Shown here: positions 1 through 9,818 of the stretch, in pieces
How positions within the stretch are numbered: the first letter of the stretch is position 1
Layout of the letters: each line of letters begins with the position of its first letter
NCBI GenBank assembly: GCA_028066595.1
Contig: JALCBJ010000011.1
Span: 34,619 to 98,618 of the forward strand
Source of the DNA: Thermoanaerobaculia bacterium
Lineage (GTDB): Bacteria; Acidobacteriota; Thermoanaerobaculia; Multivoradales; J023
Reading direction: 5' to 3'
DNA: 64,000 nucleotides
Notes under the pieces: generated by a model
What the model saw: the letters and a program-made list of their open reading frames with translations, nothing else
Told to the model about the DNA's origin: nothing
Databases searched by the model: none
Translations under genes and position numbers: made by a program

Positions 1-347
1 ATCTCTTCCGCCGATTTCGACACGTCCAGGGGCTCGAGATTGTTGACCATGTAGAACTTGGTGTCGTCGGCGGAGACGAAGAATGCCACGGTCTGGGTCT
101 GACGGCCGGCCACCGTGAACGTACCCTGGTCCAGCCCGTCGAACTCCGTGGCCGTGATGTCACCCACGGTCACCTGCGCGTCGGCCAGCGGTGGGAAGTG
201 GAGCTTCAGATTGGCGAGGATCTTTGCCTTGCGGGCCTCCTGGTCTTCACTCTGCGCGTCGGCGGCAGGGCCGAAGGCGAAGCAACCGAGGAGGAGACCG
301 GCAGACAAGACAAAACCCATCGTCTTGTAGAGTCGAGGCATTGGCAT
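1..347 (-). CDS. Secreted protein, 5' part only (runs off the window edge); N-terminus resembles the dimerisation domain of DsbC/DsbA-type thioredoxin-fold proteins
   Basis: Not in the ORF track because its stop lies outside the window. Manual translation: MPMPRLYKTMGFVLSAGLLLGCFAFGPAADAQSEDQEARKAKILANLKLHFPPL...VAFFVSADDTKFYMV. Has a signal peptide and an AGGAG RBS before the ATG at 347. No CxxC is visible, so the family call is tentative. Confidence 0.55.
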   Translation of the reverse strand, partial: MPMPRLYKTMGFVLSAGLLLGCFAFGPAADAQSEDQEARKAKILANLKLHFPPLADAQVTVGDITATEFDGLDQGTFTVAGRQTQTVAFFVSADDTKFYMVNNLEPLDVSKSAEE

Positions 348-587
348 GGTCTCCTGTGGACGAAGAAGTCGGTCGTTGTGATCGGGATCGCGGATCGAAC
401 GGCGATCGGATGGAATGCGCGCTGCGGAAGGGAAGGCGCCGAAGCAAGGCCGGGCATGACGCCGAGCCGCCGGAGCGGGATGCTCCAGAGTGGATGCGCA
501 GTTTCTCCCATGGTCCGCACGTCGTCAACCGAGGCTGGGCCCAGCGTCCGAAGGGATGGCACGCCGAATCGGTCTGAAACGAAGGGC

Positions 588-1739
588 ATGTTGATCGGTC
601 GGAGGACCGCCGTAGGTCTTTTTCTCCTGCAGGCCGTGCTCCTGAGTGGTTGTGTTCGGCATCTCCATACGCCCTACGGCGGCGACCGGTCGCAGGAGAG
701 CTCCGTTCGTACCGCGGCAGACACCGCGTCGATGCGACCTGGCCCTCGGGATCCGACCATCCTGACTCCGCGAAGCGATGCGCCGCGACCCTTTCTCCGT
801 CCGCTGCCGGACGGCGAGCTGGATTATGGCTGGCACGACGGGTTCCTGGCATGGAAGCCCAAGCCGTGCACCGGCGCGGTGGAAGCGTCGGCCAAGGTGA
901 TGATCTCCCGTCGTCCGGGCCCGAAGCGTTGGGTGGTCGTCCTGCCGATCTGGGGGAGCTCCATCTACCCGCCTCGTCAGATCTCGCGAAGGTTGCTCCG
1001 GGGCGCAAAGGCTGCGGACACCAACGTTCTCTGGATCCTCGGGCCTGATGAGCTCTTCGATTGGCAGGCGATGGCCGAAGCCCGAACCGAAGCGGAGTAC
1101 CTGAAGGTGGTGGAGCAGGGTGCCGAGTGCCTGGCTGCCTCGGTGCGAGATGCGCGGGAGTGGATCGACTGGATCGCGACCCGAGACGACTACCATCCGG
1201 ATCGCCTGGGGCTCGTCGGATTCTCCATCGGTGCCATCGCCGCAGCAACGTTGGTGGCAGTAGATCCGAGGCCCGATGCCACGGCGTTGGTGATGGGTGG
1301 TGGCCGGCTCGAACACATCTTCGCTAGCTGTCGAGGTGACGCCCGGTTCGGTCGAAATGCCGCATCGGAGCGATTCGGCTGGACGAGAGAAGAGTTTCTC
1401 CTACGGATCGAGGAGCCTCTCTCGATCGTGGATCCGGTAGGGTGGTTATCACTCGCTGGTAACAAAGGTCCGGCGGTGGATCCATCGACTCTGTTTTTCG
1501 TTTCTGCGACCAAGGACACCTGCGTTCCCGAGATCAGTCGCGACAGTCTGTGGATCGCCCTCGGCCGGCCCGAACGGCTTCAACTGCCCTACGGGCACAA
1601 AATGTCATTCCTGTCCATGACGTTCCTCGGCTTGCACCACACATCTCACCGAGTCTTGGGGTTCCTCGATCGCATGGTCGATTCCTCGGATCGCCCGCCT
1701 GGACCTCCCGACCTCACGACACCGCAGGTGCCACCATGA
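588..1739 (+). CDS. Alpha/beta-hydrolase lipoprotein
   Basis: Lipobox LLSG-C; nucleophile elbow GFSIG; Asp (KDTCVP) and His (YGHKM) in canonical order; stop overlaps the ppc start (ATGA). Confidence 0.75.
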   Translation: MLIGRRTAVGLFLLQAVLLSGCVRHLHTPYGGDRSQESSVRTAADTASMRPGPRDPTILTPRSDAPRPFLRPLPDGELDYGWHDGFLAWKPKPCTGAVEASAKVMISRRPGPKRWVVVLPIWGSSIYPPRQISRRLLRGAKAADTNVLWILGPDELFDWQAMAEARTEAEYLKVVEQGAECLAASVRDAREWIDWIATRDDYHPDRLGLVGFSIGAIAAATLVAVDPRPDATALVMGGGRLEHIFASCRGDARFGRNAASERFGWTREEFLLRIEEPLSIVDPVGWLSLAGNKGPAVDPSTLFFVSATKDTCVPEISRDSLWIALGRPERLQLPYGHKMSFLSMTFLGLHHTSHRVLGFLDRMVDSSDRPPGPPDLTTPQVPP

Positions 1740-4495
1740 CACGACCTTCCGGAACCGCGGATCGCGGTGCTGACTTCCGTGAACAGGATCTACCCCTCAA
1801 GGAGGATGTGTCGCTCTTGGGGCAGCTGGTGGGTGAGGTGATCTGCGAGCAAGGCGGAGCCGATCTGTTCGAATTGGTGGAGGCATGCCGTCGAGCAGCC
1901 ATCGATCGGCGCGAGGCGGACGAAGGCTCCGATGCGGTGGCCGAGCAAGATCCCACGGCCGAGACTCTCCTGGAGCTCGTCCAAGAGCTGGCTCCGCGGC
2001 GCGCAGAGCTGCTGGTCCGGTCTTTCCTCGCCTATTTTCAGGTGGTCAACCTTGCCGAGCAGATCCATCGCATCCGTCGACGCCGTGCCTACCTACGCGA
2101 CCAGGTGATTCAGCGACACAGTCTGCTCGACTTTGTCGAGCAGCTGAAAGCCGAAGGCCTGGGTCTGGCCGAAGTCCGCGACCTTCTGGCCGGCGTCCGT
2201 TTCGAGCCTGTGTTCACTGCTCATCCGACCGAAGCGACGCGTCGCACCATCCTGGAAAAGGAGCTCCGCATTGCGCGGATGTTGGTTCGGCGTTTCGATA
2301 CGTCTTTGACGCCCCCGGAGGCAGAGGCCGCTCTGGCTCGCATTCGCGACGAGGTCACGACCGCATGGCAGACGGAGGAGCATCCTTTCGTGCGCCCGGC
2401 GGTGGCCGACGAGATGGACCACGTGCTCTACCACATCACCGATGTGGTCTATCGGGTGATTCCACCCTTCTACGAGAGCCTGGCTGATGCTCTGCTTCGC
2501 GTATACGGAGATGACGCTTCGGACCTCGATCCCGGAGAGCTGATCACCTGCGCTTCTTGGGTTGGCGGTGACATGGATGGAAATCCGTATGTGTCCGCCT
2601 CGACCGTACGCTCGACGTTGGCTGAGCATCGACGTCGGATCGTCGAGTGTTACCGCAACGAGGTAGCGCGACTGGCCCGCCAGCTGAGTCAATGTGAATC
2701 ACGGGTAGGGGTCGACGAAGCCGTCCACGAACGGCTCAGTGAGTATCGGGAGCGCTTCGTCGACGAGTTCGATCGCGTACCCGAGCGTCATCGTGACATG
2801 CCCTATCGCGTCCTGCTGCGGCTAATCCGCCACCGGCTGTCACTGGCGGCGAGCGACGGTGGATACTCGGCCTCTGAAGGTCTGCTGGACGATCTGCGTC
2901 GAATCGATCGCAGCTTGGGCCGCCATCGCGGGGACCACGCGGGGAGGTTCGCGTTGCAACGACTGATCCGTCGGGTACGGACTTTCGGCTTTCACCTCGC
3001 AACTCTCGACCTGCGTCAGGACGCCGCAGTGCATCGACAGGTCCTGGCGGAGCTGCTGGAGGACCCCGCGTGGCCAGAACGCTCCGCTGCCGAACGACTC
3101 GAGCGGCTGGTGGCCGAGCTTCCGACGGCCGCCCAGCGGAAGGATGTAGCTGCCGGCTCGCTGGCCGAACGGGCCATCGACGTGTTGGACGCCGTACGCG
3201 AGGCGCGGGAACAGGACCTCGGGCCGGGCGCTATCGGACCCTTCATCGTCAGCATGACCGAAGGCGCGGACGATGTATTGGCCGTTCTCCTTTTGGCCCG
3301 TTGGGCTGGCCTCGACACGGCGACATTGGACGTAGCCCCTCTGTTCGAGACCGTGGAAGATCTCGTGGCCGCCCCGCAGATTCTGGACCGTCTCCTATCG
3401 CTGCCTTTCTATCGCGACCACGTGGCGGCACGTGGAGACCGTCAGGTGGTGATGATCGGTTACTCGGATTCGAACAAGGACGGAGGGCTGGCCGCCGCAC
3501 GGTGGGCGCTCCATACGGCTCAGTCGGCCATGACGGACACTCTGGCGCGACACGGGGTCCAGCCGGTCATTTTCCACGGCCGTGGTGGCACGATCAGCCG
3601 CGGTGGCGGCAAGACCGATCGCGCCGTGTTGTCGTCACCTCGTGGCACGGTGGCGGGCCGGCTTCGGGTGACCGAGCAAGGCGAAGTGATCAACGCGCGC
3701 TATGGCCTGCGTGGCATCGCACTGCGAACCCTGGAGCGAGCCGTCGGGTCGGTTTGCCTGGCGACGGCGCGCGAGGGACTGCCGACACACGGCGCCGATT
3801 CACGGGAGCCGGGATGGCATCGCATCATGGACACCGTGGCGACCACCAGCCGCCGGGCCTATCGAGACCTGGTGTGGCGCCATCCGGACTTCTACCGATA
3901 CTTCCGAGAGGCTACGCCGATCGATGTCATCGAGCGCATGATGATCGGCTCACGGCCGGCGTCGCGGCGTTCGAAGGAGGGGATCGAGAATCTGCGTGCC
4001 ATTCCGTGGGTGTTTTCCTGGACTCAAAGCCGCCATGTATTGCCCGGGTGGTACGGACTCGGCGATGGACTCGGGGCGGCGATCGGGGAGCACGGAGAGA
4101 CGGCCGTGGCAGAGATGGTCTCGGGCTGGCCCTTTGTGGCATCCCTGCTCGAGGACGTCGAGATGGTGCTGGCCAAGTCGGATCTCGACATCGCTCGTCG
4201 CTACGCCGAGCTCGCGGGGAGCGTCGGCGCCGAGGTATTTCCGCGGATTCGCGAGGAGATGGAGCGGACGAAGCGCTGGATCCTCCAGCTCCAAGGTCGC
4301 GAGATCTTGCTGGAAGCAGATCCGGTGCTCCGTCGTTCGATTCGTTTGCGCAACCCCTACGTCGATCCGATGAGCTTGCTGCAGATCGACCTGCTGCGGC
4401 GTTGGCGTGCGACGGATCGGCAGGACGAAGAGCTTCTCCATGCGCTGCTGGCGTCCGTGCACGGGATCGCGCAGGGCCTGCGCAACACGGGCTGA
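1736..4495 (+). CDS. ppc: Phosphoenolpyruvate carboxylase
   Basis: VFTAHPTEA, SWVGGDMDGNP, MIGYSDSNKDGG, FHGRGGTISRGGG, LRAIPWVFSWTQ and C-terminal GLRNTG motifs. Confidence 0.97.
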   Translation: MTRPSGTADRGADFREQDLPLKEDVSLLGQLVGEVICEQGGADLFELVEACRRAAIDRREADEGSDAVAEQDPTAETLLELVQELAPRRAELLVRSFLAYFQVVNLAEQIHRIRRRRAYLRDQVIQRHSLLDFVEQLKAEGLGLAEVRDLLAGVRFEPVFTAHPTEATRRTILEKELRIARMLVRRFDTSLTPPEAEAALARIRDEVTTAWQTEEHPFVRPAVADEMDHVLYHITDVVYRVIPPFYESLADALLRVYGDDASDLDPGELITCASWVGGDMDGNPYVSASTVRSTLAEHRRRIVECYRNEVARLARQLSQCESRVGVDEAVHERLSEYRERFVDEFDRVPERHRDMPYRVLLRLIRHRLSLAASDGGYSASEGLLDDLRRIDRSLGRHRGDHAGRFALQRLIRRVRTFGFHLATLDLRQDAAVHRQVLAELLEDPAWPERSAAERLERLVAELPTAAQRKDVAAGSLAERAIDVLDAVREAREQDLGPGAIGPFIVSMTEGADDVLAVLLLARWAGLDTATLDVAPLFETVEDLVAAPQILDRLLSLPFYRDHVAARGDRQVVMIGYSDSNKDGGLAAARWALHTAQSAMTDTLARHGVQPVIFHGRGGTISRGGGKTDRAVLSSPRGTVAGRLRVTEQGEVINARYGLRGIALRTLERAVGSVCLATAREGLPTHGADSREPGWHRIMDTVATTSRRAYRDLVWRHPDFYRYFREATPIDVIERMMIGSRPASRRSKEGIENLRAIPWVFSWTQSRHVLPGWYGLGDGLGAAIGEHGETAVAEMVSGWPFVASLLEDVEMVLAKSDLDIARRYAELAGSVGAEVFPRIREEMERTKRWILQLQGREILLEADPVLRRSIRLRNPYVDPMSLLQIDLLRRWRATDRQDEELLHALLASVHGIAQGLRNTG

Positions 4496-4543
4496 ATCAG
4501 CTGGATCGACAAGAACGCGTGAGGGAGCGGCTCCTGCAGGGTC

Positions 4544-5488
4544 TCATCTCACACCTTCCGCCTTGCGGAAGGTCTGGAGAGCCAGGTCGATGACCTGTCG
4601 TCCCTGACGTCGGATCGCGTCCAGGTGGTCGGCGTCGCCTACGACCAGCCGAGCCGCTTGCGCCAGCCGGGCCATTCGGTGGAGCGCCTCGACGGGCGCG
4701 CCCCGATCGAGATCTCCTCCGACGTAGGCTACCGCCCGCGCCTGGAGATGTGCCGCGTGCCGATTCAGGTCGAGGTACCGATAGGCCGGGCGCAGCACGT
4801 GCTGATAGAAGAGATAGCAGGGTAGACCTGCGGGGGCCATTCGTTTCGACCATTCGATCATGTGGTCGGTCACGTGTTCGAAGAACGCTCCGTGAATCGG
4901 CTCGGCCCGTCGGCTGAGGGCGAGGTGCGACCAGTAGCCACCGGCGCTGACACCCCAGAGATGGATCGGTAGCCCGTCCACGCGACGCGCCAGCTCCGCC
5001 AGAGCATCGTCTACGTCGCGGTCGTAGTAGCCCCAGGGTGCCGACGCGAGGTGTTCTTCCGGACCGAACCCACCGAGGTCGAATGTCATCACGTGGTAGC
5101 CGGCCTGCCGGAGAGCGGGGATCCGCCCACGGCGGAAGAAATAGGCCTGGCCGAATGGCAACCACGGGTGACAGAGGAGCACGGCTCCCCGAGGTTCGTC
5201 GTATCCCGGTAGACCGTTGGCCCGGAAGAACCAGCCTCGGAGTGCACCGGGATCGTCCGAGCGCGGTACTTCGATGGGCTCGAACGGCGCCAGGTCAGGT
5301 GGTGGCGCCGTCTCGCGGCACGCTCCGAGCCGGGGTGCGAGAGCCAGCAACAGGCGACGACCCACGCGTTCCATCCAGGGATTCGGGCGTTGGGGCGCTC
5401 CGACAATAGGAATCGGAAGAGTGCCGGGGCACAGACGGCTGTCATCGTCTGAGTCGGGAACGAAGTCACGGCTGAGGGGGCGGCTCAT
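4544..5488 (-). CDS. Alpha/beta hydrolase (start uncertain, 5488 or 5374)
   Basis: LRGWFF...[21 protein letters not shown], nucleophile GVSAG, C-terminal His (DADHL). Confidence 0.75.
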   Translation of the reverse strand: MSRPLSRDFVPDSDDDSRLCPGTLPIPIVGAPQRPNPWMERVGRRLLLALAPRLGACRETAPPPDLAPFEPIEVPRSDDPGALRGWFFRANGLPGYDEPRGAVLLCHPWLPFGQAYFFRRGRIPALRQAGYHVMTFDLGGFGPEEHLASAPWGYYDRDVDDALAELARRVDGLPIHLWGVSAGGYWSHLALSRRAEPIHGAFFEHVTDHMIEWSKRMAPAGLPCYLFYQHVLRPAYRYLDLNRHAAHLQARAVAYVGGDLDRGAPVEALHRMARLAQAARLVVGDADHLDAIRRQGRQVIDLALQTFRKAEGVR

Positions 5489-5745
5489 TTGGAAGTGACA
5501 TCGGCAAAGAGCCAAGAAACCCGCCATTCCGGCCCTTTCGGGGCCGCGTACCGAATCTGGCCATGCCCGGCCATACGCTACAATCGGCGACCCTGCGGGC
5601 TTCCTCCTGGCCGCCGGACGGCGGCTCCCCCTCCCAGCCCGCGACGCTCTCCCGCCTTTCCACCGAACGCTCCGGCGCTCGCGACCTGCCGCGTGGTTTC
5701 GTACTCCGACAGATCGGCGCCTTTCGATACAGCAAGGACATCGCC

Positions 5746-6837
5746 ATGGGATTCCATTGCGGCATTGTCGGCCTCCCCAACGTCGGCAAGTCGACGCTCT
5801 TCAATGCTCTGACCAAAGCCGGCATCGACGCCCAGAACTTCCCCTTCTGCACCATCGAGCCCAATACGGGCGTCGTCCCGGTTCCCGACGAGCGGCTCGG
5901 GTGTCTGCAAGACATCGTGGGACCGCAGAAGGTGATTCCCGCCACCATGACTTTCGTCGACATCGCCGGACTGGTAGAGGGCGCGTCGAAGGGCGAGGGT
6001 CTCGGTAATCAGTTTCTGTCGCACATCCGCGAAACGCACGCCATCGCGCATGTCGTGCGCTGTTTCGAGGACGAGAACGTCACCCATGTCGCGGGCGGCA
6101 TCTCGCCGCGTGACGACATCGAGGTGATCCACACCGAGCTGGTGCTGGCGGATCTCCAGACCGCGGAAAAAGCGTTGCAGAAGGCCGCCCGTTCCGCCAA
6201 GAGCCTCGACCAGGATGCGATTCGTCAAAAGGAGATCCTGGAGAAGCTAGCTGGCCATCTGGAGACCGGGGAACCGTTGCGCGTGCTCGACCTGTCGGTG
6301 GACGAGAAGCGCCGTATCAAAGCGTTCGGATTCCTTACCCTGAAGCCGGTGATGTATATCGCCAACGTGGATGAGGGCGGCTTCGACGACAATCCGCACC
6401 TGGACACGGTGAGAGAGCTCGCGGCGTCCGAAGGTTCCGAGGTGGTGGTGGTCTGCGCCAAGCTGGAAGCCGAGATCGCCGAGCTCGAGGACGAAGAGAA
6501 GACCGACTTCCTCCAGGAGATGGGGCTGGAGGAGCCGGGCCTACACCGGGTCATCCGCGCCGGCTACCGCCTGCTGGGTCTCCACACCTACTTCACCGCC
6601 GGGCCCAAGGAGGTGCGCGCATGGACGATTCCGGAAGGCGCAACCGCACCGGAGGCCGCGGGGGTGATCCACTCTGATTTTCAGAAGGGGTTCATTCGCG
6701 CCGAGATCGTTGCCTACGACGATTTCGTCCGTCTCGGTGGCGAGCAAGGCGCAAAGGAAGCTGGGAGGCGACGTTCCGAAGGCAAAGAGTACGTGGTCGA
6801 GGACGGCGAGGTCGTGCACTTCCTGTTCAACGTGTGA
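5746..6837 (+). CDS. ychF: Redox-regulated ATPase YchF (Obg family)
   Basis: [49 protein letters not shown]-terminal TGS domain ending FLFNV. Confidence 0.97.
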   Translation: MGFHCGIVGLPNVGKSTLFNALTKAGIDAQNFPFCTIEPNTGVVPVPDERLGCLQDIVGPQKVIPATMTFVDIAGLVEGASKGEGLGNQFLSHIRETHAIAHVVRCFEDENVTHVAGGISPRDDIEVIHTELVLADLQTAEKALQKAARSAKSLDQDAIRQKEILEKLAGHLETGEPLRVLDLSVDEKRRIKAFGFLTLKPVMYIANVDEGGFDDNPHLDTVRELAASEGSEVVVVCAKLEAEIAELEDEEKTDFLQEMGLEEPGLHRVIRAGYRLLGLHTYFTAGPKEVRAWTIPEGATAPEAAGVIHSDFQKGFIRAEIVAYDDFVRLGGEQGAKEAGRRRSEGKEYVVEDGEVVHFLFNV

Positions 6838-6850
6838 CGTACGCCCAGCG

Positions 6851-7423
6851 ATGAGCACGCCGATCCTGAACCGAGAAGACGAACGACGGCTTGTCTTCGA
6901 GGCTCCGCGCATGGGCTCGGTCTTGTTCGGTTCTCTTGCCCTGCTGGTGCTCTTGGGCCTGTGGGCTCTGTTCCCGGATCGCCGAATGGCCCAAGGCGTA
7001 TTGGTGTTGCTGGCGCTGGTCGGCTTTTCGGGGACGCTGCAGATTCACCGCCTCGCGTTGGATCTGGAATCGAGGCATTGGTCCTACCGTCGCGGCTGGG
7101 CATGGCGGCCGCCCCTGGCGGAAGGTACGTTCGAGGACTTGGGCTGTGTCGCGATCGAGGAAAACGAGCTGGCGGATGGGCTCGTGGCGTCGAAGTTGCG
7201 CAGTCGGTTGCTGTTCCTGGAGTTCGGGCGATTCGGCGTCGACGGCCACGATGGCAGATTTCCTCTGGGGTTCGCTATGGGTCCCAACGTCGCTCCGGAC
7301 CGGGCGCATGCCGTGGCCGAGCGGCTCGGTGTCGAGGTCCAGGATCGTACGACCGATTCCAGCGCTAGCGATCCGCGACGAGAGCCAGAAGCCGACCATC
7401 CGGCGACAACGCAAGCCGGGTGA
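6851..7423 (+). CDS. Hypothetical membrane protein (2 TM plus soluble beta-rich domain)
   Basis: ATG 13 bp after the ychF stop; two hydrophobic segments; 3' end overlaps the convergent gene by 59 bp. Confidence 0.6.
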   Translation: MSTPILNREDERRLVFEAPRMGSVLFGSLALLVLLGLWALFPDRRMAQGVLVLLALVGFSGTLQIHRLALDLESRHWSYRRGWAWRPPLAEGTFEDLGCVAIEENELADGLVASKLRSRLLFLEFGRFGVDGHDGRFPLGFAMGPNVAPDRAHAVAERLGVEVQDRTTDSSASDPRREPEADHPATTQAG

Positions 7424-8282
7424 CGTCTCCCGGTAGTTGATCCGTCAGGTCGTCGAAGAGCGACCAGGCGTCATCACCGGGTTTGCGGCGATAGATCTTG
7501 CGACCGTCGGCCATCCAAACGTGACCGTCGTTCGACCAGGTGAAGTCTTCGCGTTCGGGAAACGTGGCGAAGAGTGGCGTCAACTCGTCGTTCGATGCGT
7601 CCAGGCGGGTGATGGTCCAGCCGTCGTCACCCGCTTTGTGGACGAAGCTGAATGCGTCCTCGCCTGGAATGCGATGCAAGGCTCTGCCGATGTCTGACGC
7701 GACGGTGCGGCCGGTCGCCGTCCGCTCCGCTGGCGTGCGAACCAGCCGATGGGGCTCGTCCAGCACGAAGAGCACGAGCTCCTCGCGCCCACCGTCCGCC
7801 AGCCACGCGTGGTAGCCCACGGGCCGGATGTTCTCGAGAATCGGAGACGGATCGCCTGCCGTGCCGTTCGCCTCGAGGGGAAATCGCCACAGCCTCTGCC
7901 TTCCGCCACCCAGCTCTTCCCGAATCGTCGAGATCGCATCGGCGCCCGGGATCTGGGTCGGCGAATACTCGCTTTCCGGTGTCTTGGTGACCTGGCGCAG
8001 CTCGTCGGTGCTCAAGTCGTATGCCCATACGTCGGTCTGACGGGTACCGTCGCCCGCCTCGTGCATCGACGTGTAGTAGATGGTCTTGCCGTCGGCGGAG
8101 AAGGACGGCTGATTGTCGTAGCCTTCGCGATCCGTGAGGTTGCGGAGGTCGACGAGAGCGGTGCGGCCATCGGTGTTGCCGGCGATCTCCGCCAGGTAGA
8201 TGTCGGTGCTCGGAGGTGCATCCTGGGCGGCTGCCGTGCCGGTCAGGACCAGAGCGAGAACGGGAAAAGCGAAACGATGCAT
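7365..8282 (-). CDS. Secreted TolB-like (PD40/WD40) beta-propeller protein
   Basis: Signal peptide (…TAAA-Q); NLTDREGYDNQPSFSADGKTIYY, VTKTPESEYSPT and RLALSPDGRLLALV blades. Confidence 0.85.
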   Translation of the reverse strand: MHRFAFPVLALVLTGTAAAQDAPPSTDIYLAEIAGNTDGRTALVDLRNLTDREGYDNQPSFSADGKTIYYTSMHEAGDGTRQTDVWAYDLSTDELRQVTKTPESEYSPTQIPGADAISTIREELGGGRQRLWRFPLEANGTAGDPSPILENIRPVGYHAWLADGGREELVLFVLDEPHRLVRTPAERTATGRTVASDIGRALHRIPGEDAFSFVHKAGDDGWTITRLDASNDELTPLFATFPEREDFTWSNDGHVWMADGRKIYRRKPGDDAWSLFDDLTDQLPGDVTRLALSPDGRLLALVADR

Positions 8283-8295
8283 GAGGTCTCCAAGG

Positions 8296-8991
8296 TCAGC
8301 TGCCGCCGATCACCACCACGTATTCTCCCTTCAACGACGGTCTCGACTTGAGCTCGGTGAGTACCTCGCCGAGGGATCCTCGCAGGATCTCTTCGTAGAC
8401 CTTGGTCAGCTCGCGGCAGACGGCGACAGATCGGTCGCCGAGCTCCTCGTGCGCGTCGCTCAAGCTCTGGATCAGGCGGTGGGGTGATTCGAAGACGACG
8501 AAGGTGTGTTCCAGGTCGCCCAGCTTGCGAAAAAAGGCTCGGCGACGCTTGACACGGTTGGGTGGAAAACCGGCGAACGTGAAGGGGTAGGGCGGCAGCG
8601 CGGAAGCCACCAGTGCCGTCGTGGCAGCCGATGGGCCAGGGATGGGCTCGATCCGTACGCCCCTCGTTGCAGCTTCACGGATCAGCGGGAAACCCGGATC
8701 GGAGAGGAGCGGCGTACCCGCGTCGGAGACGACGGCGACGACCAAGCCCTGTTCGAGTGCACTCAGAATCTGTGGAAGGCGTTGCCTTTCGTTGTGATCG
8801 TGCATCGACAACATGCGCTTCTTCAGACCCAAGCCATGGAGCAACCGACCCGTCCGGCGGGTGTCCTCGCATGCGATCAGGTCGGCTTGTTCCAAAGCCG
8901 ATCTGGCCCGCGGCGACAGATCGTCCAGATTGCCGATCGGCGTCGCGACAACGAGGACCTTGCCGGGGTGGGGGGATGCATTGCCGAGCAT
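8296..8991 (-). CDS. rsmI: 16S rRNA (cytidine(1402)-2'-O)-methyltransferase
   Basis: VVATPIGNLDDLS, ACEDTR, VSDAGTPLLSDPG, FESPHR, RELTKVYEE, KGEYVVV. Alternative GTG start at 9009. Confidence 0.95.
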   Translation of the reverse strand: MLGNASPHPGKVLVVATPIGNLDDLSPRARSALEQADLIACEDTRRTGRLLHGLGLKKRMLSMHDHNERQRLPQILSALEQGLVVAVVSDAGTPLLSDPGFPLIREAATRGVRIEPIPGPSAATTALVASALPPYPFTFAGFPPNRVKRRRAFFRKLGDLEHTFVVFESPHRLIQSLSDAHEELGDRSVAVCRELTKVYEEILRGSLGEVLTELKSRPSLKGEYVVVIGGS

Positions 8992-9037
8992 AGCGGCCCA
9001 GTCTTGCACACGTCGGAGGGCTGCTAGGCTGTCCTCG

Positions 9038-9757
9038 ATGTTCGGACGATGTGTCGTACGCTACCTCGTCGGCTCGGTCGGCATCGCTGTCTGGCTCGTT
9101 GCCAGCGGCGCGACGGAGGCTCAGGAGATCGAAACGACGCCGGTCGTCGTCGACCGTCTCGTAGCCGTGGTGGACGACGATCCGATCTTCCTTTCCGATG
9201 TGGATCGCGTATTGGCTCTCGGGTTGGTGACGGCCAGCTCCGCGGCGGATGGCGTCGAGCGTCGGAGGATCGCGCTCGATCGACTGATCGAGGAGCGACT
9301 CCGCCTGCACGAGGTGGAGCGTTACGAGCTGGCCGCGGTCCCGTCCGTGGACGTCGACCGACAGCTGGCGCTGCTGTCGGAGTCGCTGGGTGGCGATGGT
9401 GCTCTGCAACGGCAACTCGGGTCGCAAGACATGGACATAGCAGCGCTCCGCTTGCTCCTCCGGCGGCAGCTACGGATCCTCGCTTACGTCGAGGAGCGCC
9501 TCGGACCTCGCGTTTCGGTGACCGAGGAGCAGGTCGAGCGCTACTACGAAGGTGAGTTTCGGTCCGAGATGGCAGCCCGGGGGACCACCTTGCCGCCTCT
9601 CGTGGAGGTCACGGGCGCCATCCAGACGGTACTGCGGGAGCAGGCTTTGAACCGCGAAATCGAAGATTGGACCGACGATCTGCGCCGCCGCGCCGATGTC
9701 GTCGACCTACTATCTCGACGCCGCCGAGATCTGCCTCCAGTCGTGTTCCGACAGTAG
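9038..9757 (+). CDS. SurA N-terminal-domain periplasmic chaperone-like protein (no PPIase domain)
   Basis: Signal peptide, then VVDRLVAVVDDDPIFLSDV, LDRLIEERL, VSVTEEQVERYY and WTDDLRRRADV, all typical of SurA_N. Confidence 0.75.
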   Translation: MFGRCVVRYLVGSVGIAVWLVASGATEAQEIETTPVVVDRLVAVVDDDPIFLSDVDRVLALGLVTASSAADGVERRRIALDRLIEERLRLHEVERYELAAVPSVDVDRQLALLSESLGGDGALQRQLGSQDMDIAALRLLLRRQLRILAYVEERLGPRVSVTEEQVERYYEGEFRSEMAARGTTLPPLVEVTGAIQTVLREQALNREIEDWTDDLRRRADVVDLLSRRRRDLPPVVFRQ

Positions 9758-9818
9758 GCACCGGAGCCGCGCGCGTGCTGGTAGAGCAGCTACGGACCGG
9801 GCGAGAGCCGATCGTCGC

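Noticed and set aside
3070-4593. Long alternative-frame and antisense ORFs (e.g. 3070-4593, 34042-35592, 29258-30280, 56424-57536)
   Set aside because: Arg/Gly/Pro-rich shadow ORFs expected at high GC, overlapping well-supported genes.
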